Positions 12,691-25,780 are shown, counted from the whole stretch's first letter. The stretch is 63,130 nt of DNA, filler included, from Octopus bimaculoides (GCF_001194135.2; 5 parts of 5 records of this genome joined end to end with filler, not necessarily neighbours in it), one strand, 5' to 3'. A program made the numbers and translations. The notes: a model not told the origin generated them from the letters alone.

Positions 12691-12949
12691 CAGTTTCTCT
12701 CTCTCTCTCTCACTCATACACACAATTTGCAGTTATAACAATGCAATAATGATTATTATTAAAACACTATGACAAGCATATTACATTTCTGTTAACTCAA
12801 AAAAAACAAATAAAAGATTGCAATACTTCAGAACACACAGCATACAACCCTAAAGTGTGTGTGTGTGGGGGTACTATTTCTTTGCTTTGGTGGTTGTGGA
12901 CAAGTGTCACTGTAATACAAGCAGCATCCATTTCCAATATTCAGTGAAA

Positions 12950-13070
12950 ATATGTGAAGGTTGGTGACAGAAAGGGCATCTGCCATAGAAAATCCAACTC
13001 AACATATTCTGTCCAACCCATGCAAGCATGGAAAAAGTGGACATTAAAATGATGATGATGATGATGATGT
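12950..13070 (+). mobile_element. Degraded RTE-LINE/SINE 3' tail ending in (GAT)n
   Basis: GGTGACAGAAAGGGCATCTGCCATAGAAA..CCAACCCATGCAAGCATGGAAAAAGTGGACATTAAAATGATGATG matches 23870-24025. Confidence 0.75.
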
Positions 13071-13629
13071 GTGGGTGAGAGAGAGATTACACGTTTACTT
13101 ACTACCTCTTTCATATTTTTCAAAAAAAGAAAGCTCAATATTTTATTGGACTGTGCCAATCCTCAATACTAGCATACAGCAACCGATATTTTGAATATAA
13201 TGGAGATATGCAGCTCTTAAAACAAAGTGACCAGTCAAGGTTACGAATTGTAGAAAGGAATTTATTAATAGATCAATGAAATTCAGAGTCATTTGAACAG
13301 ACTCTCATTCACATTTTGGTAGCTAAACTCTTCTCCACTCCCTTGATTTGGAATGTGTGAACAAGACATGGACTCTGCAAGCGACATCTTGAGTTACTCA
13401 ACTAGCAAGATAGTAACTCCAAATATGAATTGATGCAGAGTGGGGGGGGGGACTCTAATGCTGCTCCTCTCTTTTTCTGAGTGAAGAACGGATTGTATAA
13501 TGCTTCAGTACTAAATGCAATATTGCATGGTAGCAAGACATGCTCTGCTGGATGTATAATATCATCATACATGCATGAACAATGGAACATAGATAGGCTA
13601 AAAGTTAAAATAGGTATCAGAGTGTTTTG

Positions 13630-13850
13630 CTGTAGCATATAAGAGAGAAAAACAGCAATAGTATGAGCATATGATGCATATAAGGGATGATAGCCAGGAG
13701 AAGAAATGCCAAGCAATTCAAATAGGAGCCTGCAGAAGAAGAAAACCAAGGAAGGCATGGGAAAAGTTGAGAAGGCAATCTCAAGATGCTGTACTAGAGA
13801 AAACTCATCCAACACATGCCGACATGTAACAGCAGACATCTGATAATCAT
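13630..13850 (+). mobile_element. RTE-like LINE C-terminal relic
   Basis: YEHMMHIRDDSQEKKCQAIQIGACRRRKPRKAWEKLRRQ resembles WYGHVVRMEEDSCVKKC..GRGRPRKTWAEVVRQ at 23338. Confidence 0.5.
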
Positions 13851-16800
13851 CATGATGATAAATTAATGACTTTCTTATATCATTTCTGAAGTAGAATTAT
13901 TTGATGGTTTTAAAACAGAGTAAGTTTTTCTACCTCCTTTACTTTTTGTTTAAAGAAATATTCCAGTAATGGAAAATAATAACCTTTTCCCAAATTCAGA
14001 TCTTACCTTTCAGAATTATAGAAGTTAATAAAAAAAATTATAGTTACTAAGAAAAAAAGCTATTACGGAAATAATTTTTAAAATTCTGATTTTCAATAAA
14101 ATTTACATAAAAAATAAGTACTTTTTACAATTCTTGATGCTAAATGGTACAATAAAAGGTTACCTTTAATATTCTTTTTATGTGTAAGTATTACAGAAGT
14201 ACTCTCTCACTGTTTCGGAAACATGCTTCAATAAAATTACACATGGCAACGAGAACTAACAAATCCAGTGTGGAATTTCCTAATGAACTCAGGTGTGGAA
14301 TTTGATTCAGACTGGTGACTCCATCTGGTTTGCACTGCTGCATTACTTTGTCTATATTTCTGAAGAGCACTCTCTGCAGCATTATGACACAAGATTCATA
14401 ATGCTTCACTGTTGGTCATTACCAATTAGTAGGCAGCAGAGGCCCAACACAAAATATTAGCTGTATCATGTTGATTTCCTTCCATTCAAGATTATGATAT
14501 TTATGATATCAGAGTCTACTTCAACTGATACAGGATTTATTAATAAATGCATTCTACTCATACTTCCAGTAAAACAAAATTATGCTTGTGTCAGGTAACT
14601 GATAAATAGATAACATTTTCTTGTATGATTCTAGTATAGACTGGCTAGAACCTTCAGTTTTTATCATTTGTCTGTGTATGTGCATAATGCTCAAAAAGAA
14701 AATGAAAAAAAATTATATTTCTTTTTCCTCCAGTGGGGTAAAATAGTTTAAAAATTGACAAAAATATTCTCTCAGTTCTTGGAAAACATTTAATTTGAAA
14801 AATTGCTAATAAAACAAAAGTAAAATTCTTACAAACTGAGGGGGGAAAAAAAACAAGAAAGAATAAGAAGCAGGGTTGGTGAGAATAACAAAGGATAGAG
14901 GAAGTGAAGATTTCTGAATCTAATTAATAAATCTGTTAAAATTTGATCATATACATCAGTGATGAACTAGACTTCTTTAAAGCAGTGGCATATGCTAGTA
15001 TTTGAAGAATAATAACACAAGGGAGATAACAATAGGAACAAAACCAACAGAACTCACTTCAGATATGAAACAAGCATTTTAGAATTATAATATACAGATA
15101 GTATAGTGCAAATTTTGCATCTTTCATAGTAAAACTTTCTGAAATGGTCTTAAAGAAAATATTTTTTTCTCTTTTACCTTTCTTGTCATAAAAGCCAAAT
15201 CAAGATTAAAAATACTTGAAGTTTGCAGCAACAGAAGAAATATTTGAAAACATCTATGTGTGCCTGTCTTTTTGTATATACACACACAATTTCATTTTGG
15301 TAAACAACTTAAAGACCAGAAACGGTCAAAACAACTACCTATACACCAAAAGATGTAGTTTTTCTTTACTCAAAATAAATGCCACTATCTTCCTAAAATG
15401 TACATTTAAACTGTATGAAAGATTTTTACCTCATTTTAATATTTCAGAATAGGAAACAAAATGATTGGGGGTTTTTTTTTTNNNNNNNNNNNNNNNNNNN
15501 NNNNNNAGAAAAGATGAAAACTGTAAATTTGAAAAACCTAACAGAAAATTACTAGAAATATTTTAGTCATATTTTTAAAACACACATACGCACACACAGT
15601 TTGGCTATTTCTTTACTGTAATTGATCTCATTAAGAAATAAAAGACAAAATGAAACAGGAGTGAGAGAAGCAATTTAACCCAGCACAAAAGAGAGCAAAA
15701 TTAATTTTATATTTAACAAGGTTATAGGATATGAAATATCCACAAGGCCCCAAAAAATGAAGCTATTATAACAGAGCATTCAGCATCAGGAAAAACTATA
15801 CTACAGTTTATAAGATTGATTCTTAAATTTTGTATATCTATCATATATCAAGTTTAATACAATTTTTAGTTGAAGAATCAGAATTGATTTATCTATTCTT
15901 CATTATTTAGAGCACGTGGGAAACTGCTTTTTGGTGATGACTGTATTAAGTAAAGTGAAATCTTATTAAGTTACAAGTGAAGTTCTATATAAGAGGATTA
16001 TTTCAAATAATGGGACTTGTATTCACTCACATAATTGCTCCATTCCCTGTTATAATCAGGGGTTAGAGTAAAAAGCCTGTCTACACAGTGTTTGTGACTA
16101 CTCCACTCAAAATGTCAGTTGTAAAAAGCTCTTGCCCAAGATGTAAGAGGTGACCTTGAACTGTTTGACATTGAGAAGATAGTAAATAGTGGGGAAATAG
16201 ATAGGGCGCTAAAGAAAGTGCTCAGCTTCCAGGTGAATAGTAACTGTCCCCAAGATATTCGAGGAAATGCAAGAATCAACATCAAAACTGAAAACATTCC
16301 AACAACAATTTCAATTGAAAATAACTGTTTTGGCTGATATAATGAAGTAAACATAAAGTTCATAGCACACATCCTTGTTTAAATGGAACAGGCAGAAAAC
16401 TAGGGAAAGTAATAAGTTATAACTCTAGACTTAATCCATTCTATTGAGAAGCAAAGTTTCAGATAAATAACTTATCAGTACAATTCCTATTTTCTATGAA
16501 ACTAACTTTCATGAATACCATATTTTAGCAATGTCAAATCTGTTGAATTGAGACAATACAAAATTTCATCTAAAAATACATACTGTTAAGAATACCATTT
16601 GATTTTTAATTAACATTACTCAAATTTTGAAGTACAAAACAATGCAAAAAAAAATAACGTAAATAAACCTTTGACATGAGATAAGTAGAGGTAAGAATAG
16701 AAAACCAAGAAAGAAGAGGTAGTTGTGAGACGTAGATATAGAAAATACTGAGGAAAGCAAAAATATGTTTATGTTGCTAGAGTTCAAATAAATAATAGGA

Positions 16801-17217
16801 TTATGGAGATAATTCTCCAGATTATATACAATGAAAACATTTACAGGGAAGCATACAACATACTTATGCAGCTGATTATGTATTTCTGCTGAAGTTTTAG
16901 AGATTTACTTAAAGACTACAATGCAGTTTACCAATCCAGGTCAGAAATCTTTGCAGCATGTTGAAGAGACAAGCAGTAGTGCTTCCTGGTTTCTCCTTCA
17001 CTTTGTTTTTGCTAAGTACTCCAGATGTAACAACATGTTGTTTCAAATTCAGTCGAGGAGGCAAGGTTTAAAGGTATCTAACCTCTCTAAAAACAGCAAA
17101 TTCCCAATGGTTCTTTTTAGGAAATTCCGTACACTGATATAACGCAAGTAGTGATGTGACAAGATTCAAAGGGGAACTCAAAATTAATGCCAATCATGGC
17201 TACCGTTCAGAGAACGA

Positions 17218-17253
<36 letters not shown>

Positions 17254-18420
17254 ATATGAGAGAGGTTGTGTGTGATAGACAGACAGAAAGACAGAGAACA
17301 TGCATAAAATTTGACTTTTGATTTAGATCAATGACATCAAAATTAGAATTAAATGGGTTCATTTCTAAATTACACAACATTATTCAGATACCAATTAAAC
17401 TAAATGAATTTTTAGATTGAAACTTATATTTAATTAGAGAAATTTAATTGAAGCATTTGATTATCATATTCTAGTTATTGTGTCATATGTTCATAAAGAT
17501 AATACTTTTCAGATAACTTTATTCACAGGCTAAGCCTTTTTATTAACTAAAATAGGAGTTCAATTCATTAATCATAATAAAAATTTATATTACCACTGAA
17601 ATTATTTAAAGAAAATAATATCATTTCTAGATGAAAGTAGTATAGAAATATAACTATTAATTTATTTACAAAATTAGGAGAGAGTAAAAGAAGAGAAAGC
17701 AAATAAAGCGAAGAAAAATGTCAAGATAAATTTTGTTTTTTAATTCAAAATTTAGATCCCAAGTTTAAAGAAAAGGGTGAGAAAATGGGTTATGTAATGA
17801 ACTGAAAATAGTGAATAAGCTGAGAGTTCTTCTGGAATGAAATAGAAAACAATATTTTGAAGCAGTAACCAAAAAGCAGTTTCAAAGTAGAAAAATACTC
17901 TTTGAATTGAGCCACACAAGGTATCATCAAAATAACCACCAGAAAAGGGAAAAGGGAAAATTTAGGAAATTTAGGAAAATATTTTGGTGGGTAGAATTAA
18001 TCTGTGGTAGTATAAGGAATGCTAGCATAAAAATTTTATTTTTTAAAAATACAAATTAGCAAATGAGTTGTTGCATTAATGTGTTTAAGTTTTTATAAGT
18101 GATTAGTATGGTTAATAAAAACAGAAAATGCACAAAAATATTATTAATTAATTTAAAAACACTGTTTTAAAATAAGTAACTCAAATTTTAAAAAAAGTAA
18201 TTAACAACTAATTTTTATGTTATTGGTTTCGAATTTTAATATATTTATAATTATGGATTTTAATTGATGAGTTAACAACTCTAAATAGTCATTCATTAAC
18301 TTTGAAATTTAGTAACCAGCTAAATTATGAAGAAGTAGGAAGGTAGCAGCAAGAGTAGTAGCAGAACAGTAGCGATAATTCAATAACTTGTCTCCTGCCA
18401 GCTTACGGCAAACCACATAC

Positions 18421-18456
18421 CTGCTAACTTTCGTGTATCCATTTTTCACAGCTAAC
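18421..18456 (-). CDS. DNM1: Candidate 36-nt alternatively spliced dynamin cassette exon
   Basis: CAG acceptor 18459-18457, AG|GTATGT donor 18420-18415; phase 2-2 like the flanking exons, no stop codon; adds (R)LAVKNGYTKVS. No transcript evidence. Confidence 0.45.
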
Positions 18457-20929
18457 CTGAAATTTTGTAAGAGTGGAAAATTGTGTGTGAAGTATTGGCG
18501 TTCAGTAAATAAACTTTGTGATTGCAGTATAATAGTTTGGTAGACTTGAGTATTCCATCAACAAATCTATGTTGACTAATTACAGCACAACTTGTTTTTA
18601 CAGCACTTTCAAGTTTATTTTCACAAAGTAAAATGTCCATGTTGAGAATAACCTGACTAAATAATCAAGTTTGTTTATAATGAATGTATTGATCACACTG
18701 TTCTGAATTTTTTTCTTTTTTTCTTCTTCATCAAGACTATTTCTTGAGATTCAGATGAAGAAATTATTTTTCAGAGAGGATCAATTTCAGTGAATAATAT
18801 GTAAAATAGGATTCACTGTCATCCAATGATGAGGCTTTTACACAGTTGCTAGACCTACATAAATTAGCTGCTGAATTTCCCTGAAATCTTTATCATTTAA
18901 AAACTCTATAAAGGAAAAATTGGATAAAGTAGCTCTTGGTGTATTGTATTTAAATAAAAAATGGTGTAGACATGGCTGGAACACCTTTGACAATAGCTTT
19001 GCTAGATCTGGGCTGACAAGGGGTTCAGCAGTATTTTTACTGGGTTTATTTATTTATTTATTTATTGTTTTAATAGTAAGAACAAAATTATCTACGTTAG
19101 AAATTAACAATACAACTTAGAAAAAAAATTAACAAGATAACTTAGAAAGAAAAAAAGAAAGTAAAAGTTTATATATTAGAGTTGCTAATATTTCCACCAT
19201 AAGAACTAAAATGTTTTAAGAGTTTTAGAAAAAGATGCACACCTAATGATTTATTGCTGTTGATAAAGAAAATTAATCAGTGCAAATGCAAAATCACATG
19301 CTGCTGGTGATACAACATTGCAAAAACATAATGTTAGGAGAGCTATATTATACAATTCTTCACAACATTATTATTGTTTCAATAATAATAATAACAATAA
19401 TAATAAAAATAATAATAATTATAATAAAACTAAGTTTATTGCTGAATATTTTAAATGTAAATTTCAACTAATGTGTCTTTTAGGTGAAATGTCAATGCTG
19501 TACTTTAATTAGTGATTAACCCTTTTGCTACAATATTTCTTTCGAAATACATTGCCTGTGTTTCAATTAATTTTGAAAATAATGAATTCAGTAAAATAAC
19601 TTTGTCATTGAGTTGAGGTTTTGGACATAAATCAACATGAAATTTTTGAATGTTTAAGTTTAAAATACAGGAAATCTGTCACAGAACTAGGGGCAGTCTA
19701 AGGGTTAAGCAGTAGTTGTGTTCTATAACAATAATAAAAAGTATCAAGTACACAGTTTGAGATCTCTGCACTGTTAACTTAATATTTCATGTTTCTGTGC
19801 TTTATTTATTTTCCATTGTATTCAGCTAACCTATTGATAAGAAACAGAATGAGTGATAGATGGGCAGAGTAACAAAGAGATTGGGTGAGTGGTAAATAGG
19901 CACTTGATATAAACATTAAAGATACCCAAATGCAGATAATACACATCACTATCCCCATCAACTTCATAATTTTAGCACCCTTTTCCTCAAGATTACATGG
20001 GTTGCCCTCTTCCCATATACCTATGTTTCAGCACTCACTACATTCTCTCCCCTCCCACTTTGCACTTTTATGAACTCCCTGCTCTTGCACCCTGGGGAAT
20101 CCTCTACCATTCCATTTATATTCACATCCTTGTACCTTGAGAGTATGCCCTAGCACACCACCACCATCTCTCTAACTCTCACACTCTTTCTGATTGGGGT
20201 AACCATGTATCTCCTATACAGCAAGACATCTCTTTCCATCACTGTCATACTCTAAGCTTTCATCAGTTGGCACAAAGCCACCTCCCTCGAAACCACTTCT
20301 CCTCTCAGTTGAGGGATCTTTGTCTTGTAAGTTATGTGGTGACCTTGCCAGTGCTGGCAGAACATAAAGACACCCAGTTCACTCTGTGAAGTGGTTGGCA
20401 TTAGGAAGAGTATCCAGATGTAAAAACCATGCCAAAACAGACAATGGAGTTTGGCACAGTCCTCTGGTTTACAGCTCCTCTTAAGAGTATGGAAGAGAGA
20501 CACTAAATGATGATGATGATGGTCCATCAAGTTATGTCTTTGCCATTGCTCCTTACTGGAGCATCTTCTTTCCTCTACAGCAGTAATAATACTGCTACAA
20601 CAATCACTAGGTACGACACCTTTCTGTTTGACTATGCAAGCACCAAACATTTCATATTTTAAGAATCTCAGCAATTCTCCTTTATGATCCAGTTGGCTTC
20701 ATGTTACCCCACAAACAGTCACTTGGCTATAAATTACTATAGTGAAAAAAATCAAGGCAAATTCACCAAAGTCTCCTGACCAAATACAGAATCAGTATGT
20801 TGTTCTCAGTCTTATGAGGGCAATGACATTTTCTTATATCACATAATGTTGATAAATATTGTTAATTATTACATGACATCTCAAGTTAATGCATTATCAA
20901 TTTGTACCAATAGACTACTCAGTACATCT

Positions 20930-21505
20930 GCTCAGTGCTGACAGGGCCACTCTCCTCATTGACAAAAACACAATTCTGAAAAGATAGGCAGAGCACTTCA
21001 ACAAAATCCTGAGCAGGCCTTCCTCTATGCTGAGGCCATTGCTCACATGCACCAAGTTGACATCAACACTTATCTGGCAGAACCTCCAACAAAAGTAGAG
21101 GTCCAGAAAGCAATTAAACTTCTTTTAAATGGCAAAGCACCAGGTTCTGGCCCCATCCCAACTGAAAAATACAAGGTAGGGAGGCCAGTCATGAGACAAA
21201 AGCTCACCAACCTCTCTCAGACCATGTGGCAACAGGAAATTGTTCCTCAGGAGTTCAAGGATGCTTCTATTGTTCATCCCTACAAGGGAAACAGGGAGTC
21301 CTGTGACAACCAGTGAGGAATTCCTCTCCTTGTAAACACTGGCAAGATAGCAACAAGGGTCCTCCTTAACCATCTCACTCAACACATGGATGATGGGCAT
21401 CTACTAGAGAGTCAGTGAGGTTTCAGAGAGGACCAAGGAACAGTCGACATGATGTTTGCAGCATACCAACTTCAGGAGAAGTGTCAGGAACAAAACAGGG
21501 ATTTG
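20930..21505 (+). mobile_element. RTE-clade LINE fragment (start of RT domain), with stops
   Basis: PPTKVEVQKAIKLLLNGKAPGSGPIPTEKYK..WQQEIVPQEFKDASIVHPYKG..SCDN*GIPLL..GKI..ESQ*GFR..GTVDMMFAAYQLQEKCQEQ. Confidence 0.88.
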
Positions 21506-21859
21506 TTTTACTAAGTATGTTAAATAATCAAGTTATACAAGCTCTCCTCTTCAATACCTTGGTTCATTTAAAATGGATATCAGAAATTTGATACTGATTT
21601 TCATATTAACGGTCCCAATTTAGCCTTCTTAATATACAGGCTCTCATTCTGGACATTAGATTATATCCATTATTTCTACAATGCTCTTCAATATTCCTTT
21701 AGTTAATAAGAATCTTAAACCTACTCTGTTACAGTTCAACTACAATAAGGAATAAGCTGTAGAGTTATTGCCCTTTGATTGTGTTTGTGGAATTCACATT
21801 TTTTTTTTTTTTTGTGTACAATTATCCTAAAATTTAATTTTCCATGCATTCATAAATTG

Positions 21860-22260
21860 GATGGGTCTTCAGCATTGTGTCATGTTACTTGTTACAGTTC
21901 TTTGTTATCTCTTTTGTGAAGTGCAGCCTCTTGAGATCAACTTTCACCACTTCTTCCTATGCCTTCTTTGATTTTCCTCTTCAGCAGATTCCTTTTACTT
22001 GGATTGCTTCACTCCTGGCTAAATATACCAGACATGAAGCTGATATTGTTCCTTGTTCCTCTCTTCTGTTCTTCCCAAACCTGTCTCTTAGCTTTTATGG
22101 CTCTATTTACTGTCACTTCCACCTGAGTTGGAACATTGTTTCTTCCACATATTTGGTCTGGGAGCTCCTCCTCTTTCACATAGCATCACTTAATACACTT
22201 TTGAACCTACATCTGTGTGAGGCATATTTCAGTTTCAACACCTTTCTTCTCTCACTTTGT
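21860..22260 (-). mobile_element. RTE-like LINE relic
   Basis: Minus strand ends in RGKSKKA*EEVVKVDLKRLHFTKEITK, similar to the RTE C-terminus RGRPRKTW.EVV..DL..L.LT..MT. Confidence 0.5.
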
Positions 22261-22639
22261 TTTTTTACATTCATTTCTTTTTGTTGGCTCTGATGCCAAT
22301 TTTACTTGAAGTATTTATTCCACATCATTCCATGCATCAAACTACTGCCAGGTATTTTGTCGATGGGGAGCATAATGTGACGACATATGGAGACACATGC
22401 ATATTCATTCATTTGTTCCATAACCATTTCTTTAGCATGAGCTGGACATAAACTTATTACTGAGACATTATTTCTCAGACAGATGCTTTTCCTGTCACTA
22501 ATCTGTAGCTGTATTTCAAATAATGGATAATTTTATTCCACTTGTCTTGAAAGTGCAGGGCTAAAAGATGATTTGTTGGCAGCAAATGTCAACATAATGT
22601 TACCATATTGTTCAAATGCTTCCAATGTGTAATCATTTA

Positions 22640-22870
22640 CACACACACACACACACAGAGGTTACTAATTCCATTCATAAGGCATTAGTTGGCCTGAGGT
22701 TACAGTAGAAACTACTTGCCAAAATATACACATACACACATACTACAGGCTTCCATACAGTTGCCATCTAACAAATTTCATTCACAAGGCATTCATCACT
22801 TGCCCAAAGTGTCATAGTGAGATTATTTCTGAAACTAGTTGCGCAGCTGCCTTGTGGATCACACAGCCAT
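22640..22870 (-). mobile_element. SINE family C, degraded
   Basis: CATTCATAAGGC..TTGGCCTGAGGTTACAGTAGAAACTACTTGCC and GGATCACACAGCCATG match the reverse complement of 38905-39060. Confidence 0.6.
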
Positions 22871-23320
22871 GTCTCCCTCTCTCTGAGAAAGATAGATCAG
22901 ATCAAAATGATCTATTACTGGTAAGTGTGTAAATCTGCACTACCTGTCCATGACTGAATAATTAGCAACTAAATTGGCAGAGCCACTCTTGGTTCTCATC
23001 CTGCTTTGTGGAGGATATATTGACATCTAAATAGACCAAAAACCAATATCTATCAACAAGAATAGATGAACTCGACAAGGAGGCAGAGCAAGGCCCCATT
23101 AAAGTTTTGTGGTCTAGCATTGTTGACTCTTAATAACCCCTACAACTAGCTGTTTCTCTCAGACATACTTGCTTTGCTTTTCCTCTCAGTTAAGGGAGAC
23201 TCAAGTGAGAAAAGATTATTGATAATTGCAATGACCACCTAAGTTGAATTCAACAAAACTACTCTAAAACATTGTTGGACCTTGTCATTATTCTTGCACC
23301 TTTAACATAACTGAACATTA

Positions 23321-24025
23321 GAAGCATCAGTTGTGGCGTGCAAGAGAGACGATTGCGCTGGTATGGACATGTGGTGAGAATGGAGGAGGATAGCTGCGTG
23401 AAAAAGTGCCACACCCTAACAGTTGAGGGAACCCGTGGAAGAGGTAGGCCCAGGAAGACCTGGGCTGAGGTGGTGAGGCAAGACCTTCGTACATTGGGCC
23501 TCACCGAGGCGATGACTACGGACCGAGACCTTTGGAAATGGGCTGTGCGTGAGAAGACCCGGCAAGCCAAGTNNNNNNNNNNNNNNNNNNNNNNNNNNNN
23601 NNNNNNNNNNNNNNNNNNNNNNNNNNNNNNNNNNNNNNNNNNNNNNNNNNNNNNNNNNNNNNNNNNNNNNNNNNNNNNNNNNNNNNNNNNNNNNNNNNNN
23701 NNNNNNNNNNNNNNNNNNNNNNNNNNNNNNNNNNNNNNNNNNNNNNNNNNNNNNNNNNNNNNNNNNNNNNNNNNNNNNNNNGCTTGTGCGGGTGGCACAT
23801 AAAAGACACCATTTCGAGCGTGGCCGTTTTCGTGCGGGTGACACGTAAAAGCACCCACTACACTCTCTGAGTGGTTGGCGTTAGGAAGGGCATCCAGCTG
23901 TAGAAACTCTGCCAAATCAGACTGGAGCCTGGTGTTGCCATCCGGTTTCACCAGTCCTCAGTCAAATCGTCCAACCCATGCTAGCATGGAAAGCGGACGT
24001 TAAACGATGATGATGATGATGATGA
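23321..24025 (+). mobile_element. Young 5'-truncated RTE-like LINE 3' end with 3' UTR and (GAT)n tail
   Basis: QERRLRWYGHVVRMEEDSCVKKCHTLTVEGTRGRGRPRKTWAEVVRQDLRTLGLTEAMTTDRDLWKWAVREKT; N gap 23573-23781; UTR ending GGAAAGCGGACGTTAAACGATGATGAT; CpGs retained. Confidence 0.88.
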
Positions 24026-24325
24026 AGATTAGAGAGGTAGCTTTAGAGATGTATAAAATATTCCATGCTATTATAAGAAAGAAATGGCTTTAAGCCAGCA
24101 GTCAAGAAAATGTAGCTGAAAGAATGTAGACAAAATTAGAGAAAGAGGAAAATTTGTACATTCTAAAGTAGCCAGCATAAAAAAAGAGTTTAGTTTCTAT
24201 GGTTTTTTTTTTTTTTGTTAGTATTTACAGAACCAGAAGACTTTGTTTAGTACAATATGAAAAAAATGCCAAATAGAACAGGAAGAAAACATGTCAATTA
24301 CAGAAAGTGGAATAGTTTTACATAC

Positions 24326-24513
24326 CTAGAGGGTCCATTCTCTGCTCTTTCTGCACGCAACCAATCATTGTCTACAGGTGGAGGGAGTGGAGTAGTCACT
24401 GTACTAGTGGTCACTTCACTAATTATATTCAATGCTTCTTTGGTAGCATGATACATACGCAGAATTTCTTCTCTTCTCATGGCCTCTTCAGAGGATTCTT
24501 CCATTAAAGTATT
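24326..24513 (-). CDS. DNM1: Dynamin exon: end of GTPase effector domain (GED) and start of PRD
   Basis: Translates [62 protein letters not shown](R), recognisably like dynamin NTLMEES..RRDEMLRMYHALKEAL..PPPVDDSWL. Acceptor AG at 24515-24514, donor GTATGT at 24325-24320; 188 nt, ends in phase 2. Symbol denotes the classical dynamin family, not a specific paralogue. Confidence 0.95.
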
Positions 24514-24789
24514 CTAATAGATATAGAAACAAAAATTACTCTTACTGTTAAATGTAAATAAAATTAATAAGAATATGGTGGAATACAGGAAGAAATAGAA
24601 TAGTTGTGTAGCGGCAACCAGTCATCATCATTGTATGTAAGTGATATATATTTGAAGAGAAAGAAAACAAATTAATTTAGTAGTTTAAAAATATTTTTCT
24701 TATCAATGATTCTTATCTCTTAAACAATATTACAATTTCTCTTCAGTGTCTTTGAGATTTTTCATAAAAATTTTCATTTACTTTCTAGG

Positions 24790-25780
24790 ATATACATATA
24801 TGAGCATTACTGGTCTTGATGATGAAATTTTGTATAGAACCAGGAAGGCTAGTAATGCTTTTGGTAGGCTTGACAAGCATCTCTGGTCAAACCATATTAT
24901 ATATTTCCAAATTAAAGTTAGAGTTTATAGCATGTGTGTTCTGCCATCATTGCTCTATGGAAGTGAGACATGGGTTGTTTATCATAGGCATTTAAGGCAT
25001 TTGGAATTATATCATCAATATTGTCTTAGGAAAATTCTAGGCCATCAGTGATGTGGAGGTACTTGAGAGAAGTGGCAATAGGAGTATAGAATCGATGATT
25101 CTGCAAAGTCGTTTGAAGTGGGGTGGACATCTGGTGAGAATGAATGATGAAAGACTTTCTACACAACTTTTGTATGGTGAGCTGGAAGATGGTTGGAGGC
25201 CAGCACATAAGCCCAAAATGAGGTCCAAGGACTGCCTCAGAACTGCTCTGATGGTCAGAAATTTCAGTTATTGATTGGGAAAGAAAGGCACAAGGCCAAG
25301 ATAGATGGAGGAAAAGAGTGCATAGTGGTTGTTTGAAGTTTGAAAGAGAGAGAGAGAATAAAACACAAGAAGATCAAGAGAAGGTTTAGAAAGAATGAAC
25401 CTGTGGAAAATGAGGGAATGTTGCTTTTTATGTGTGTAATTCGTGAGAGGAAATGCTTGAGTCATGCAAGCCTGGTCAGCCATCAGAGAAGTGACTGGAA
25501 ACAACCCCTTGTAAATTGTGACATGGCTATTGCTCACAATAGAACATGTGCAACTTGTGGAAAGGTGTGCCTTTCAGTTGGAGAATTGAAAAGGCTGGTC
25601 AAAAGACTTTGTGGCACCTGTTCCCCCTGCCAGCCAGCACAGCTGTGCATTATGCAATAGAATGTGCAAATCTTTGGCCAGGCTCAAGAACCATACAAGG
25701 GTCTCACACTGCATCATTAATGACTCATTTCAATGATTCTTTCTAGCAAAGGCTTTGCTCGTATACGAGAAAGCAGCTAC
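24790..25780 (+). mobile_element. RTE-clade LINE 3' portion with two C-terminal C2H2-like fingers
   Basis: LDDEILYRTRKASNAFGRL..KVRVY..CVLPSLLYGSETW..YCLRKIL; SIESMILQSRLKWGGHLVRMNDERL..QLLYGEL; then CATCGKVCLSVGELKR and CALCNRMCKSLARLKNHTRVSH. Frameshifted; ends GAGAAAGCAGCTAC at the linker. Confidence 0.88.

Noticed and set aside
16031-16046. 16-nt AG..GTGAGT-bounded candidate exon on the minus strand
   Set aside because: Not a multiple of 3; it would frameshift the PRD, and such motifs arise by chance in 16 kb.
16125-16337. 70-codon protein-like open frame on the plus strand (KALAQDVRGDLELFDIEK..)
   Set aside because: Preceded directly by a stop, no suitable start or in-frame acceptor, and no recognisable domain.
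7979-24325. miR-199/miR-214-like antisense hairpins, as hosted by vertebrate dynamin introns
   Set aside because: No such mature sequences seen; those families are vertebrate-associated and lie in a different intron.
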